The translations under genes and the position numbers were made by a program. The notes below the pieces were generated by a model. That model saw only the letters and a list, made by a program, of their open reading frames with translations. It was not told where the DNA came from and made no database searches. A DNA stretch of 63,057 bases, counting the filler, from Sluysia triapertura (lineage: Eukaryota): NCBI GenBank assembly GCA_046118255.1. It is 4 parts of 4 records of this genome, joined end to end, with 100 filler letters (N's around TTAATTAATTAA, not from the genome) between each part and the next. Parts side by side here need not be neighbours in the genome. Positions count along the whole stretch, not along the records: positions 1 to 17,890 come from JBJNIA010184168.1; positions 17,991 to 35,246 come from JBJNIA010190274.1; 2 more parts are not named here. One strand, written 5' to 3'. Shown here one piece after another: positions 14,774-29,051 of the stretch (its first letter is position 1; every line of letters starts with the position of its first letter).

Positions 14774-15307
14774 CCCTTTCAGCCCCGGGACCCCCATATG
14801 GCGTCAATGGCGATTTTTTCTCTTACACAACCGCTATGCAAGATCATACGAAGAGCATAATTTTAGCTTCCTCCAGATATAAAGATTACTTTCCTTCTTA
14901 CATTCCTGGGCCATCTAACAATAGGAGAACTAGAAGGCGTTGCGTAGTTTGTTCATCGCACCAGCAACGGACAGATTCAATGTATATGTGTATTGAATGC
15001 GATGCGCCACTATGTGTTCCAGACTGCTTTCGGCAATATCACACTGTTTTACACTACTAAAGTCATTTATTATCATGTACCGCATTATTTACTTGGATTT
15101 TCTTTCATATTTTTATTTTGTCAAATTTTTACTAACTTTTTAAAACTTTTCCGTAACTTTTCAATAGATATTTATGTTTGAACTTTGACCTACATATATT
15201 TTTACTTCAAGTCAATATTTACAATTTCATACATTTTTCCTAAATCATCATCTATAATGACAATAAATCACCATATATCTTAAGGAAAAAATTCGGGGCT
15301 GAAAGGG
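14774..15307 (+). mobile_element. Non-autonomous piggyBac (534 bp) retaining the C-terminal Cys-rich domain coding region
   Basis: TTAA TSDs; perfect 14-bp TIR CCCTTTCAGCCCCG; RRRCVVC...YMCIECDAPLCVPDCFRQYH. Confidence 0.95.
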
Positions 15308-17890
15308 TTAATAAAGAATAAGTTTAAATAGAATAAGTCTTATTTAAATTTGCAGTAATAAACCGTAAGACTTTTTGCACAAAAAAATAATATTAAATTT
15401 TTTAATTTAAATTTTAATTTATCACGAAAGTGTTATTAATTAAAAAATTAACTGAATATTTTATTATTTGATTAATAAGCAATTTAAATAAACCAATAAA
15501 AGTTTTCTTTTTTGTTGTCTTTAGAAAAACAGCAAAATCTTTATTTAAAGAATTTTATCATGGATGAATTAAACAAATTAAACAAACAAATTTAAATTTA
15601 AAGTTTAATCGAATATTATCACTGTTAAATTGCTTAATGAGATTATTATTATGTTTTATTTAAGTAAAACTTTATTTTAATTTATAAAAAATTAATTATC
15701 TTATTTTGTATATTTTATTATCATCTTAAAAATAGATTTTCAAAGAAAATATTACGTTATTTCATGATATAATTATGAATTAATTAAGTATATAGTCTAA
15801 TATAAATAAATATTAATCGAAGAAAACATAAACACCATTTCGTTACAAAATCTTCCAAAACTCTGAAAGTAAAGACATTCGGTTGTTCTAAATAATGTGT
15901 TTTGAATAAATAACCACATTATCTAATTTATTCTACATGTTTTACTATTTATGCGCCTACAATTTATTGGACATTCATGTTCTACTTATTATTTGAATTA
16001 TTATATTTTGTGTTTGTTAATTTTCAATTTAATAATGTGGTAGTTTTTTAGATTATTCAGGCAATTTCTATTTTTTTGGTTTTGAAAACGTTTCTAGAAA
16101 AATTGTGTCTTCAAAAATATACATTTTGAGTAAAACATTATTGACGATTAATTTGGCAACACTATAGAAATTCATGATGCACAAATAAAAAGTATTGAAA
16201 CCATAATTTTATAATGATTAAAATTATTACATTCGAATTGACGATCAGAGTAAAAAATATTCCAATTTTTCGTAATATTCCAATGTTATTAAAATAAAGA
16301 AGCCTAAAACGAATTCATTCTAATTTTAAATGAACTGTTTACTTTTTAAACTGTTAAAATAAGCGTACTGAACTGTAAATTATATTAAATGGAATGTTCA
16401 TCATCTATTTATGTATCCTTGCAAAACGCATAAAATATTTCAATAATTTTTAGATTGAATGCATTTTTCGATTTTCTGGACATTAAATGAGTTTTTATTT
16501 TTTAAATTGGTATTATTATTACCGTTATTAAAACTACTTGTACTATTGATTTGACATTTAGAATTTTCATGTAAGTCATCTTGTTTTCCGTCGTTTATTC
16601 GATTAAAATATGAGTAATAAATTTTCAAAATTTATTAGAGCATGGCATTTATTGAGTTGACATTTGAATATAAATGAATAAATAAATAAATAAACAAATA
16701 ATATTTTGTTTTAAATATTCCAAATGAAATAAAACTATTTTAATTAATTAATTGATATTATAAAATATATTATTTACTATTAAAATATGTTTAATAAAAC
16801 TCTAATGAAAAGCTTAATCTATAAAAATATACGATAAAATCTATGTAAAGATAATCACGAAAATTTGTATATTAATAATAAATAATAAATAAAAATTATT
16901 TATAAGTAAGAAATTATAAATAAAAGAAAGCATAAAGCGGAACAAACAAAATAAATCTAACTTCCAATCTTGCATACTAGTGAATAATAATTATAATAAT
17001 AAAAATTAATTATAAAAAATAATAATAGTAATCTCTAATATCAAAATATGAAATTTATATATAAATTTTTTCAATCCAACATATTCATTTTTCCATGATA
17101 TAAATTTAATTTGTTTTTTTTATTTCTGTTTTATTTTTTTTTCTAAAATATTTATATTGTAATTTAATATTCAAATATCATTAAAAATATATATATATAT
17201 TTTAATTAAAAAATTTTATTAAATTTTGTCGTTTCATAATTTGATTTTTTATTTATAATTTTTGTACTTTTTATAAATATAATGCTGCTATAACGGAATG
17301 AAACTTTCTGAATATAAAGTTAGTAGATAGAAAAAAGATATGCAAGAACTAACAGCATTATAGGCCACATTAAACTATTTTGAATAATTTAATTTCTAAA
17401 CGGAAATGTAAAAGAATAATTATAAAAGACGAATTTATATATTTAAATATCATCAATCAAAGAAAGAAATACATTTTATCATATATAAAAATTAAATTAT
17501 TTTAATACTATTAATTTTAAATAGTTTAACCATTGTTTTAATAATGAAATTAATAATAATTATTTGGTTGTTTTATTAAATGATTTTTATTAATTAAAGA
17601 TTGTAGTTTAAAATTAAATTTGTGTTGATAAATCAATTCTTTCATTTTATTTATTTTTGACACAATAAAACATTGAGAAGTTATAAATTCCATGGCGTTA
17701 CTACTTCAATTTGATTTTATCTTACAATGAATCACGATGCAAAAATTCTTAACATAAATTTTATTAGGATAAACAAAAAATTTAAGATTTGAATTTAAAT
17801 TTTGTTTTTCTTTAATGTTTTCACGAGCATATTTCGTTTTCGATCTTCTAAAAGTATTTTAAGTAGTGTTCCTAGAGTAAGTAATCTGGA

Positions 17891-17990
17891 NNNNNNNNNN
17901 NNNNNNNNNNNNNNNNNNNNNNNNNNNNNNNNNNTTAATTAATTAANNNNNNNNNNNNNNNNNNNNNNNNNNNNNNNNNNNNNNNNNNNN
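17891..17990. other. Artificial contig-joining linker N44-TTAATTAATTAA-N44
   Basis: Identical 100-bp spacer with six-frame stops, seen three times. Confidence 0.97.
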
Positions 17991-19128
17991 CCTTTTTCTT
18001 AAATATTTCATAATCTTCCAGTAATTTGACATTCTCTGGTAACTGGTTGTATATTTTTGAAACATAAGCGGTATACAACCTATTACCTAACTTGTATAGA
18101 TTATCAAGCCTCAATGAAATATTCATCTTGGTTTCCAAATTTTTTATTATTTCTAAAAGGTATTCAGTATTTTACAAATAATGTATGTGGTGGCCAACTT
18201 TCACAACCATTGAAAGTTTATTAAAAACGATTATCTTTTTTTATTACACTCTAACATTCATATATTTATCTCTTTCATACCTATAAAACACCTTACCTAC
18301 TAAAATCAGTTCATACCCACAATTCCACAATTCCCCCAACATTACCAACTTACACCAACTAATCCACCAAAAACACGTTATTCGACATTCATAATAATCA
18401 ATTACAACATTTTAAATTGACCATTTGTCTCTGCATAATCACCAACAACACAATACAATACCTTTTAAAAATAGCAAACAAATCACATAAAATGCCACAT
18501 AATAATATTTTAAATACACCAAGAGTTGTATTGTAGTTGTCTTTTTACGTTTACTAAATTATAATCTTCTCAATAAGTCCTTTATCCACGATCTTCCAAT
18601 GCTTAAATGTCGTTTTCAAGTATGAACTTTAATCACCATCTAAGAACTCATTATAACATTCTCTATTTCATTTCACGACATAAATCAACTACCATATCTT
18701 GAAACACTAACTGCACATACCAATTCAGTCAAAGCAAGTTCTACTCAGAAACTTTTGTTTTAAACACATTTAAATTTATTACAATATATCAAGAAACCTC
18801 TAAGAATCAAAGGAAGATCGTGTACAGTTTTAAAGAATTCAAGTTTATGCAATGCAGTATCAACAATAACTTGAACATTGCGCATCTTGTCATCGTTGTT
18901 ATTGCATTCAAATTTATCATTTTTCTATTCCATTTCAATTAATTTTATATTAAGAAGGAAGTAAGATAAGAAAGGAAGTTATTGTAGATTATATAAAGAA
19001 TTTATGTATTTTGTATTAATAATAACAGCAACATTATTGTTATTATTAACATTAAATTTTATAATTTTACTTAGTTATAAAAATTATATCTTTTTATTGT
19101 TATTAAAATTTATAAATGACAGTATCTA

Positions 19129-19189
19129 CCATCATCAGTATTGACAATACTCATTATTGTAAATACATTTATGTCAATACTGATGATGG
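19129..19189. other. Perfect 18-bp stem hairpin in cassette A
   Basis: CCATCATCAGTATTGACA-25 nt-TGTCAATACTGATGATGG. Confidence 0.9.
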
Positions 19190-19375
19190 CTCTTCGCTCA
19201 TTCATCTGTATTTTTATGCTACACAAAATTTTGTCTTACCGGATTTCTAATGGCCGGTAATTTCAACGGACAAATTATAAATAAAGCATACAATAATCAC
19301 AACCTAATACTTACAAAAATAGAATACCCTTAAAATTACAAAAAAAGAAAAGAGTATGATAATGACAAATTTCAA

Positions 19376-20158
19376 ATGTCCAAGTCAACGCCAAGAAATT
19401 TCGTAATACCTAAACCAATAGTTAGTCCTAAAATTCCAGATCATTGTTATAAATCTCCAGATCATTGTTATAAATCTCTAGATCATTGTTATAAAACTCT
19501 AGATCATCGTTAGGAAGGCATATATAAATTTGATAAAGATTATCTTATTTCTAATTCAGTGTTGGTACGAAACTGTTGGTAATTAGCAGATGCCTATCCG
19601 GAACCATTTGATCATCAGTACCACGATTTAGGTCTCATCAGATCACTTCGACAAACAGTTTGCAGACAAAACTTAAGAAACCTGAAATGCAATTTATGAA
19701 ACAACTTCATTTCTGGACAATTTGTAATGCCATCATTAATAAAGTCTAATTTACATAAATACGTGATGTATTGTAGAATTCTACGACATAAAGATGAATC
19801 TTTTAAAGAAAAAACTCGATCTTGGAACCATTCTTGTCATATGTATAGATCGGCTACTCAAAGAAATAAAAATTATTACCAAATCGATAAATTAATATTA
19901 CCACTAAAACACTATGTATTACAAGAGACGGCAAACATCATGATCACATATCATTCTGGAAAACAAAAAGTTGATAAACCTACTAGTACGACAATGATCC
20001 ATTCCTTGGCGAAGTATATCAACATAATCATTTTATTTGTTTATCGTTACAATTTTTTAACTGTTGTTTTTATTTTAGAGATTAAACTAAAGACTGGGAT
20101 CAACGAAGTGTATAGAGATATGATCAAAGAAAGCAAAACTTTGTGTAATAATAATTAA
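19376..20158 (+). pseudogene. Cassette A cargo ORF, unknown protein, disrupted 5' part
   Basis: MSKSTPRNFVIPKPIVSPKIPDHCYKSPDHCYKSLDHCYK (21-bp repeat x4, ~19436-19510), followed by stops and then ORF 19727-20158. Candidate GT-AG intron 20014-20078; AATAAA near 20157. Confidence 0.5.
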
Positions 20159-20807
20159 TAAATTAAAATTTTTTAAATTCTTTATTTTTCTTTATCATAA
20201 AATCATACTAGGTAAAAGCGATAATGTCAGAAAGAATGTTGTTGACATAATTTTAATCAAATATAGTTTCTATAAAACTCATAATAATCACTGTAGTGTT
20301 TGTTCTATAATTAACCAATTTCTTTATCAACCAAAATGTAAGGATTTGTAAATTATTGTCATGATTCTGATTTCTATTCTTGCTTTTATTGGCAACCAAT
20401 GCAATTCCTTAAGATAAGATGTTACATGAAATCTTCTTCCAACTACTTAGAATAATAATAATATGTAAATAATATAACTGTCATGATGTAAATACTAAAA
20501 TATGATTAATATTTAAATAATTTCAATTTAAAAAATTGTTTAATTAGGAAATTAAAAGTACAAATCTAATTAATTTAATCTAACTAATTATTTTTGTTAT
20601 CAAATTTTGTCGGTATTAATAATTAATATATATTTTATCATATTTTATTATTACAATTGCCGGTAAACTTCAAAGTTTACGGAACAAGTAAAATAGATAA
20701 ATTAATATAAATAAGAGCACGATTTCTGCTAGAACCCAGTTGAAAAAATTATAATTCTAAGAAGACACGTTCATAAAAGTATAAATCTCGAAATCTTATT
20801 GGAATAG

Positions 20808-20969
20808 TCGTATATTTGGAATTTTGAAGAAAGACGTTACATTAAACTACGTGGACTTAATCGCGGAAAATCTATATCGGCTGCTAAAATCGATTCGGAT
20901 TAAACATTGCGTGAACATGGATATTCATTATTTGGACAGCTATCATTCAACTTTGTTTTTGAAGAAATC
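20808..20969 (+). pseudogene. Possible P5-ATPase (ATP13A-like) pseudo-exon
   Basis: YIWNFEERRYIKLRGLNRGKS...(frameshift) GL...REHGYSLFG...FVFEEI|gtaag resembles the ATP13A N-terminal Y.W...F..L.GLD.G.S...GL...R..LYG...L...EV segment. Confidence 0.4.
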
Positions 20970-23800
20970 GTAAGCTATTTATTTTTAAGTTATTCACAAA
21001 AATTCTTTGTGTTAAACTACACTTAAAATCATATAAATCATTTACAAGCCCAAGTATTAACCTGGGTTAAAATCTCATTTAAATTTTGCTTATATTAATC
21101 TTAGGAGAAGTCCTAGTGCATATATTATTATATATTGTTTATATTTTTTGTTTGTACTTAATTTTATTTACTTACTTTTCGTTAATTTTTGATTAAGATA
21201 GTAATTAGTGATTAAATAAAATATTTTGTGCTAATAGATTGATAGACCCTCAGACAATTGTTAAACTTGAACTAGTAATTGTACATCAAAGATTAAGATT
21301 TTCTTTTCGTAGAATATTTTGACCGACATTCCTATAACTACGTCTTCCTTGGGATTTAAACCGTAGATTATAGGCGAACCCATAAATTATAAACTATAAT
21401 TGTTGTGTGATAAGAAAAAATACGAACAAATATTTGAGTAATTTGAATTCATAATTTTCTAATGAAGTACTTCATATTTATCAGATTTAAATTACATTAA
21501 TATTTTTAATTTAAATCAATTTTTATTCCAAAAAATTATTAAAATAGTTTTAACATTGCATTTTTGAGTTGCTGTGTTTTAGGGCATCAATTTTTTTTAC
21601 ATATTTTCTGCTTAAATTTATAATTTAATCAATTAATAATCCTAAAAATAATTGAGTGTTTTTCAACAAATTTTAATTTATATTTAATGAAAACGTTAAC
21701 AGTAATTTTAATTTTAACTTTGCTGGGTGTTTTTCTTAATCTAAAAACCTAACATACAGCAAAAGAATTAATTATTCTGAGTCCGTTTACAGTATTAGAC
21801 TTACTAATGGCGTACATGTAAAATTACGTGAAAACAATTATCAAAATTAATCATGCAAAAATATTCTTTACCTTAACTTACCAATAATGGGCAAAATCGT
21901 CGTTTATGTCAATTAACAATAAATAACTTCAAAACTAATTAAGACCAACGTTAGTTTATGGAATATCTAAATTAATATAAAAATCAAGTGAATAATATTT
22001 GTATAAAAATGTGTCGTTCCTTATCTCTTTATATTTTAATTCAATGACCGTTAGGACTTTTAGTTTTTCACCTAGATTCAATCAGACACTATTAGAATTA
22101 ATGTTTTTTCGTCAATAAACTATACTTAAGTAAAAATTGATCGTGGTGTAAAGTAACTATAAAATAGGTCTAAATTGTAATGTTAATATTAGGACACTTA
22201 TAAAAATAAGACTCGAAAAATTTTAATAATTTTATTATACAAAATTTAGATTAAAATAAAAATTATTATAAAATTCGATAAAAACGATTAATAAAAACAC
22301 AAAAAATTTATAAATGATAAATTGATAATAACAATAATAGTTAAAATATAATAAGAGACTAGCTAAAAAACTATACCCTACAATAACTATTTTGTAATTC
22401 ACCTCAAGGGCCAACTAAAGTTTGAAGATTTTATATTTTAGTTTGATTTTATGATTGGCCATAATGACCAACCGTGAAAAACAGTAATTTACGTCTATAT
22501 TTTAACTCAAAAATTGAGTATTCAATTATGTGAAACTAACTTACTGATTTAATTAATAAGAAAAATCGTTGTTCAGCTTCTGGAAATAATTTGTCGAAGA
22601 AGACTTGGTCGGTTGTACTGTCGATATTTGTAAATCGCTACCCATCTAATCGCATGTGCGGGATTCAAGCGATAATTCGGAAGTTGAATCGAAGAATTGA
22701 CGAAAGACGGAGCATACTAACAAGCTGATGGTAATCGATGTAGAATTGTTGAAAATGATTTCCTTTGTAATTGTAGGCTTTGTCCTCGTTATGATTTCTT
22801 TATTTAATGACTTGTGTTATTTTTTAATGATGGCTTCTTTATTTGTCAATGTCTATATATTCACAGACATTTTTCAGAATTTACTTTAATTAAACAAATT
22901 TGTTTCTAGATGTTTCTTTTTGTAATGTTTTTTAATTTATAATTTAAATTTTAATATAATTAAACTAATAATTTTTTAAATAATATAAATTTTAATAATT
23001 TTTTTATAAAGTATAAATATAAAAATTTTGTACACCTTTACAACTTTATTACGTAAAACATACACAATAAAACAATTCAAACGAATTTATAATTTGGTTT
23101 TTAATTATTTTATTTTTAAAAGATAAGATTGGAATATTACATTGTTTTATTGAACCAATCATTTTCCATTTTTGGAGATGACAATAAGAAAAAAACAAAT
23201 AGTAGTCACAAGTTATAAAACAAAAAATAAAAACATTCTATCCAAAATTCTAGCAAATAGGTATCATTCATCTTGATTATACTTATTTGTTTCACGAGAT
23301 TTTTTATTAAATAAGTCACTATGCATTTCATTGGTCATAAATATAAATATATATTTTTTCAATTTTTCTTTAATGTTTAATTTCTTTTTGAAACTGTTCT
23401 ATTAAGTAAAGCTTCTTCATACTCATATTTATTTGTTTCATTTTCGAATTTATTAAATATATTAACCGTTTAATCCAGAATGGTAATTGTTTTGAGTATT
23501 TAAAACAAATGTAGAATCATAAATGGTTAAGATCGATATAATAATATGTAGTAAAATAAAATATGAACTAGTGAACACTCAGTGAGGGTATTTACACCTA
23601 AGAGTAATTTTGGAGGACTCTCTGGTGAGAATTTTAAAGATTACACAAGGAGTATTGTTAAAATTAATACTTTTATGAGCAAATTTAATTTTAAATATTT
23701 TTAATGCTTGTAAAGATGGATATTGAACATTAAATATTCAATACTTGATTTTTTGACGAAGATTTCATGATCATTTGACAGAATTCACTGAAATATCTCT

Positions 23801-23947
23801 NNNNNNNNNNNNNNNNNNNNNNNNNNNNNNNNNNNNNNNNNNNNNNNNNNNNNNNNNNNNNNNNNNNNNNNNNNNNNNNNNNNNNNNNNNNNNNNNNNNN
23901 NNNNNNNNNNNNNNNNNNNNNNNNNNNNNNNNNNNNNNNNNNNNNNN
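23801..23947. other. Assembly gap (147 N)
   Basis: N run. Confidence 0.99.
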
Positions 23948-24624
23948 GCACAATTATAATGAAAATAATAATAACGGTGAGATAGGACCAAGATAAAGGA
24001 TTAATCAGACAGTAGTAATCGGATAAGAATGTTTTACATTATAACAATATTAAATTTTAAATTGTCGTTGTGTGTAGATGTTAATGCAAGTATTGTTGGT
24101 ATTATGATTGTTGTGAAAATATGTTGAATTTTATGTTTTGTTTTAGTGTTTCTGATACCTTGACAAACATAAATCAAACAATAAAATATTAAAATTAAAA
24201 CCTTCATCAGGTGTTTAATTTAACCAATAATCTAGCCATTAAATCGTGGTATCAAAATTCTATTTAATAGTTTAAGTAAAAGTTTAATATTTTACTCTTA
24301 CGAATAAAACTACCTTTTTAATTTTAAAAGCTTATAACTTGTAAATTTTCTTGTAAAAATTTAAAATGGACACTATCTAGGTATGTAACAAAAATAGTAA
24401 AAAAAATCTTAAAAATTGAAATTGCAATTGTGATTGATTTTCAACTGAAGCTAATATTTGTACTAGTCATACTTTCCTTTTTTGGAAATTAATTTTTTTA
24501 TTATCTTGTTTTTACCTTACAATCTTCTTTCGACTTTAATAAATCGCTAATAATTGTATTTTTATAACTAGAATGAAGCGATGTAGTAATATAAATTATA
24601 AATTCAGTAAAACAAAATTATTAA

Positions 24625-24840
24625 AACGCTCGCTGCCGGGTCCACTGCGCCAACAAATTTTAATTAATTAATTGTATTTATGGGAAAGCTATTGAGTTTA
24701 GATTATTTTTAATTACTTTATTAAAAATGTCCTAATCGTGAACATGAAAATACTATGTGTGTGATCATAGTTCTACGAATTAACTCGTAGCTGGTGCCTC
24801 AACACAAACTTCGACAAACTCGTAGTTGGCAGCGAACATG
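24625..24840. mobile_element. piggyBac-like MITE
   Basis: TTAA|AACGCTCGCTGCC ... GGCAGCGAACATG|TTAA, an imperfect TIR with TTAA TSD. Confidence 0.65.
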
Positions 24841-25422
24841 TTAAAGATTATAGGTTGATTTATTTATCAAAACTATTCGTAAATGAAGTAAGAAAATTAA
24901 ATTTATTTCATCATCACCACAGATTTAGATAAAAATTAAGTGTCTTAGATGTATTTAGATGTATTACAATCATTATTTTCTAAAACAAGTTTTAGGTAAA
25001 GTTTGTATTTATCAGGAATGTTGGAGTATTTAAGTTAAATTTATGTATTTTTAAAATTAGAGTAATTATATTAATAAATCAATTACAAAACTGAGCCTTT
25101 TTTTAGTTAAGCATACTAAATATAATGATAAACTGCCACAATTAATACTATTTCCAATATAGTATATGATTTCTTTAATAATGCAAATATACTTCTAAAT
25201 ATAAATATAATTATATATTAATAAACAAAAAATATAATAGTATGATGCAACAAGAAATTGTTCATGGTTTATGTATTCATCAACATGGAAACATAAGTAA
25301 AATAAACAGTAATAATAATTGGTTAAAACATGGCTTTTGTTTTCTATAAAAAATAAAATATAATAATAAAATTTATTTTTATTCTTTTGTTATTGTTAAA
25401 TAATATTGTTGCTAGTAAATTA

Positions 25423-28400
25423 ATGTCTTCGTGGAAAGATAAAACTGATTCTTTTGGAGATTCTGTAATCAGTCTTCGTAAAGAAAATTTACCACGAAAT
25501 ACTAGTAGTCGAATATCGTTTGTTTCTCAAAAATCTTTCAATTTTAATGAAAATGAATCTCCTGATGTGGTGTATGGGATAAATAAAGAGGATATTGAAC
25601 AGGCTTCACAAAATTCATCAACCGCATACTTAAAAAGAATGACTAGTAGTCAGGAATCTAGTTGCTTATGCTGGAGAAAATTTATTGATGGCTTACGAAG
25701 TAAAATCATCGATTAATTCTGTATATATTATGACTTTTAATTAGGAGCTTGGGCTACGAGAAACACTGAAGATATTGGCCACAATTTGGAATTATTTGCA
25801 AAAACAACTTTTAGAGAAATGTTTACTTATACTATATTTATAACTTTATTAATGATAAGTTAGTTACGTGTCTTAATTTATTTCATATTTTATAAACATT
25901 TTCAACTTTCGAAATCAATTTATGAAAATTTATTCCATTTATATTTTTATAATTTATAATCATTGATAAACAATATCAAATTATTATAATTATAATAATA
26001 ATAATTATTATCATTGTAATAAAGACTCAAATCTTTATATTCAAAACAAATCAAACACTTAATTTACTAAGCACATTTAAAAACAAAATTCAATACTCGA
26101 ATACACTGTATAATAAAAGGGACCAAAGATAATAAATTTTATTTAGTTTAGATATTATACTCACTTAATTGCTATTCAACGAAAAAAGGAATTCATACAC
26201 TCAACTAGTATTTTCAAATATTGCGAAAAACTTAGGAATTCAAAAATTATGAACCGAAATTATTAATCCGAAATTGCGTTTCAAATATCCATTTAAGCTG
26301 ATAATATATATTATAACAAATAATATGAATTTAATAATTTTCGCCTATAATAACTTCTATAGTTAATTTCTTGATTATTTTTAATATATTATCATAATAA
26401 TACGATCAATTTTTTATTTTCATTTTAACAAAATTCAAATATCATTTAATCCATGGTATTCTCTATTTGTTAATGAACTGTAATGAGTTTCATTATATTC
26501 TATTTTTGTTTTCTTAAATTAAATGTATATTTTGAAACATTCTTTTCTTAATCTTTTGTTTACATTTTTGATAAATTATTCATTTTCTTATGAAGCCAAG
26601 TTTCATTTGTTTAGTTTCTTAAGAAATAAAATTATTTCGTTGGGGCCTGTTATAACCATTGAACACTGACAACTCAGATCGAAGATCATTGTATACCTAC
26701 GACTGAATTTCAGGCTGTTCATTTTTTGGATACCGTAGATATTATCAATGTTTTAAGTTGCTATATATAAATTGAAAATACATTTTTCAAAATTCTAAAT
26801 ATCAATAATTTGGATAAAATGTGAAGTAATCTGCTTCCAATAATACGTCCTATAATTTCGTAAATTAATTCTTATAATAAAATCAATTATATATATTTTG
26901 CATCGTTTACTTTAATTTCAGTTGCTTTCGGAATGAGTACAGCAAACATTTATTACTTTACTATAAGTCTGCAAGACGTATATATGCCAAACGAATTCAC
27001 CGAAATCAAAGACGTAGAAAGCTTGTGGGCGGTAATATTTTGAAAATAAAGATAAAATAATTATAATTTCTAAATTTAAATAATTCATACATTATTTTCA
27101 AATATTATTAACATTTATATATATATAAATCAATTTATAATATTTAGTATATAGATTATTATAGACTATGATTATTTTAGTTTATTTAAATCAATAAAAC
27201 AAATATAAAAATATAAGAATTAATATAATAAATCAATAAAAATTAATTTCAATTACAGTTTTTAACCGAAAAATTACTTAATGGCTGGTATTGGGATAAT
27301 TGGTATAATCAACGACCTAATATTACAAGACAATTTATATATTTCGAAAATCAGTTAATTAGCGTACCACAAATTCGGCAACTTCGCGTCAAAAATGGAA
27401 CATGTCAAATTCCAAATCATTTTAAAAATTTAATTCCTTATTGTTATGGTGATTTTAAGCAGAAAAGTATTGATAAAGCTCCTTTCGGTGATGGTATTGG
27501 TAGTGCGTAAGTTTTTTATTAAAATATTAAATCGTAAATATTTGTTTCTCTTAGTGTTACAGAAATATTTTTATATTAATGTTTTTGAACACAAATGTCG
27601 AATAAAATTTGTACATATTACTGTGGTTTTTACTGATACTTTAAGCTAAACCTACGGCAAAATAGAAAATTGATCAGGGTCCGGTTACAGTAAGCATCTT
27701 ACGTTGTAAAGAGGGCATTTCTGTAACAATATTAGTTAAGTAAAACGTAACAACCTAAACTGATAGTTTAAATATAAGGGGGGTCAAAAATTGTTATAGT
27801 ATGAAACTCAAGTTATTGTGCAATAAATAAAACTTCAAAACGTTCAATTAAAATTTTGTTACAATAATCATAATTATAAAATAAAGATATAAAGAAAGAG
27901 AAATTGAGGTTAAGAATTTTGTTCGGTATTTAACTATTTTAATTATATTTTGTACTCTATTTTGCTCCTCATTATATCTGGGAAACCTTAAACTTTACTG
28001 AATAGAATATTATTTTATGTATATTTTAAGATATTAATTTTTTTAAATAAAGTTAATATCGATCTTAAAATAAACAAATTACTTTGGTCACGGAACTAAT
28101 AAATTTGAATCCAAATTTGACTGCGATTTTGGTTGTTGACGATATACAAAAACGATGTTAAAAATTACGTTATTTTGGCGATTTTCATTGTATTGATCCT
28201 AGTTTATATACTAGTCATCATCCAATAAAAATCGTTAGAATGTTCTAGAATATTCTAGAACATTCCAGAAGTTTCTATACTATTTTCAGAAACCAATTTT
28301 CTTTTTTGCAAAATAATTTCTTTTTTAAGTAATTTTAAGGATTAATAAATGATATTAAAACATTTTCTATGATTTTAATTTTTTGATAATTTTAAATAAT

Positions 28401-28997
28401 TATGTGATCTTAAAATTATTTTGTTGGGTTGCGATGACAACCCTAACAATATGAAAGTATTTAGTTTCAAATCGCGTATTGAATTATTTGTGTACAATGT
28501 ATTTATGAATGCTGAGAGTATCCATCGGAAATTTCTAAGAAAATATTCAATAAGTTGGAAATATTAGAAAAACCGGAAGACTATCATCAACCAAAAAACA
28601 AATCGTAAAATATCAGTAAAGCAATCAGTATTTTGATTTATGATTTGCATTATATCATAAACATATTCAAGATATAAAGTATAAGCTTATTTATTTGTTA
28701 CTTGTCAATCAACCTTTTCCTTAGTATTTTCATTCATCATTTTCCAATAATTAGCATCCGCTTTTAAAATTTTGTCATATTTTCTTAATTTTAGTTATTT
28801 AACATCCTTACAAAATTGTCTAAAATTTGCGATTTATGAACAACCGTCTACATCATCTAATTTATTAATCACAACTATCATTTCTCGAGTGATGTTCTGT
28901 AAAAACAATCATATTTTCAGTTTCGACAAATGATTCTATTATATTATATTCATGTCTTTCTTTTATACTTCAAAGTATCATCACTAGTAACACAATA

Positions 28998-29051
<54 letters not shown>

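Larger units (their letters stand above)
18186..20335. mobile_element. Cassette A: solo-LTR-like insertion with cargo ORF
   Basis: Starts TGTGGTGGCCAAC and ends ...ACCAAA. ATGTA is duplicated at 18181-18185 and 20336-20340; removing the insert restores the LINE frame. Confidence 0.8.
17991..20450 (-). mobile_element. 3' end of L2/CR1-type LINE RT, split by cassette A
   Basis: HVTSYLKELHWLPIKARIEIRIMTIIYKSLH (~20430-20336) continues as HYL*NTEYLLEII...LGNRLYTAYVSKIYNQLPENVKLLEDYEIFKK (18185-17991). These match the LHWLP...WN.LP...FK C-terminal LINE motifs. Confidence 0.8.

Noticed and set aside
16440-16628. Asn-rich ORF as a PAXIP1 5' exon
   Set aside because: No homology and no clear splice sites or start codon.
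17935-17946. TTAATTAATTAA palindrome as a biological site (also 35291, 51874)
   Set aside because: Embedded symmetrically in 44-N blocks three times; it is a synthetic linker.
19129-19189. Cassette hairpins as CRESS-virus origins or hammerhead ribozymes
   Set aside because: No TAGTATTAC-type nonanucleotide in the loops and no Rep ORF. CTGATGA occurs in A and C but without a properly placed GAAA core.
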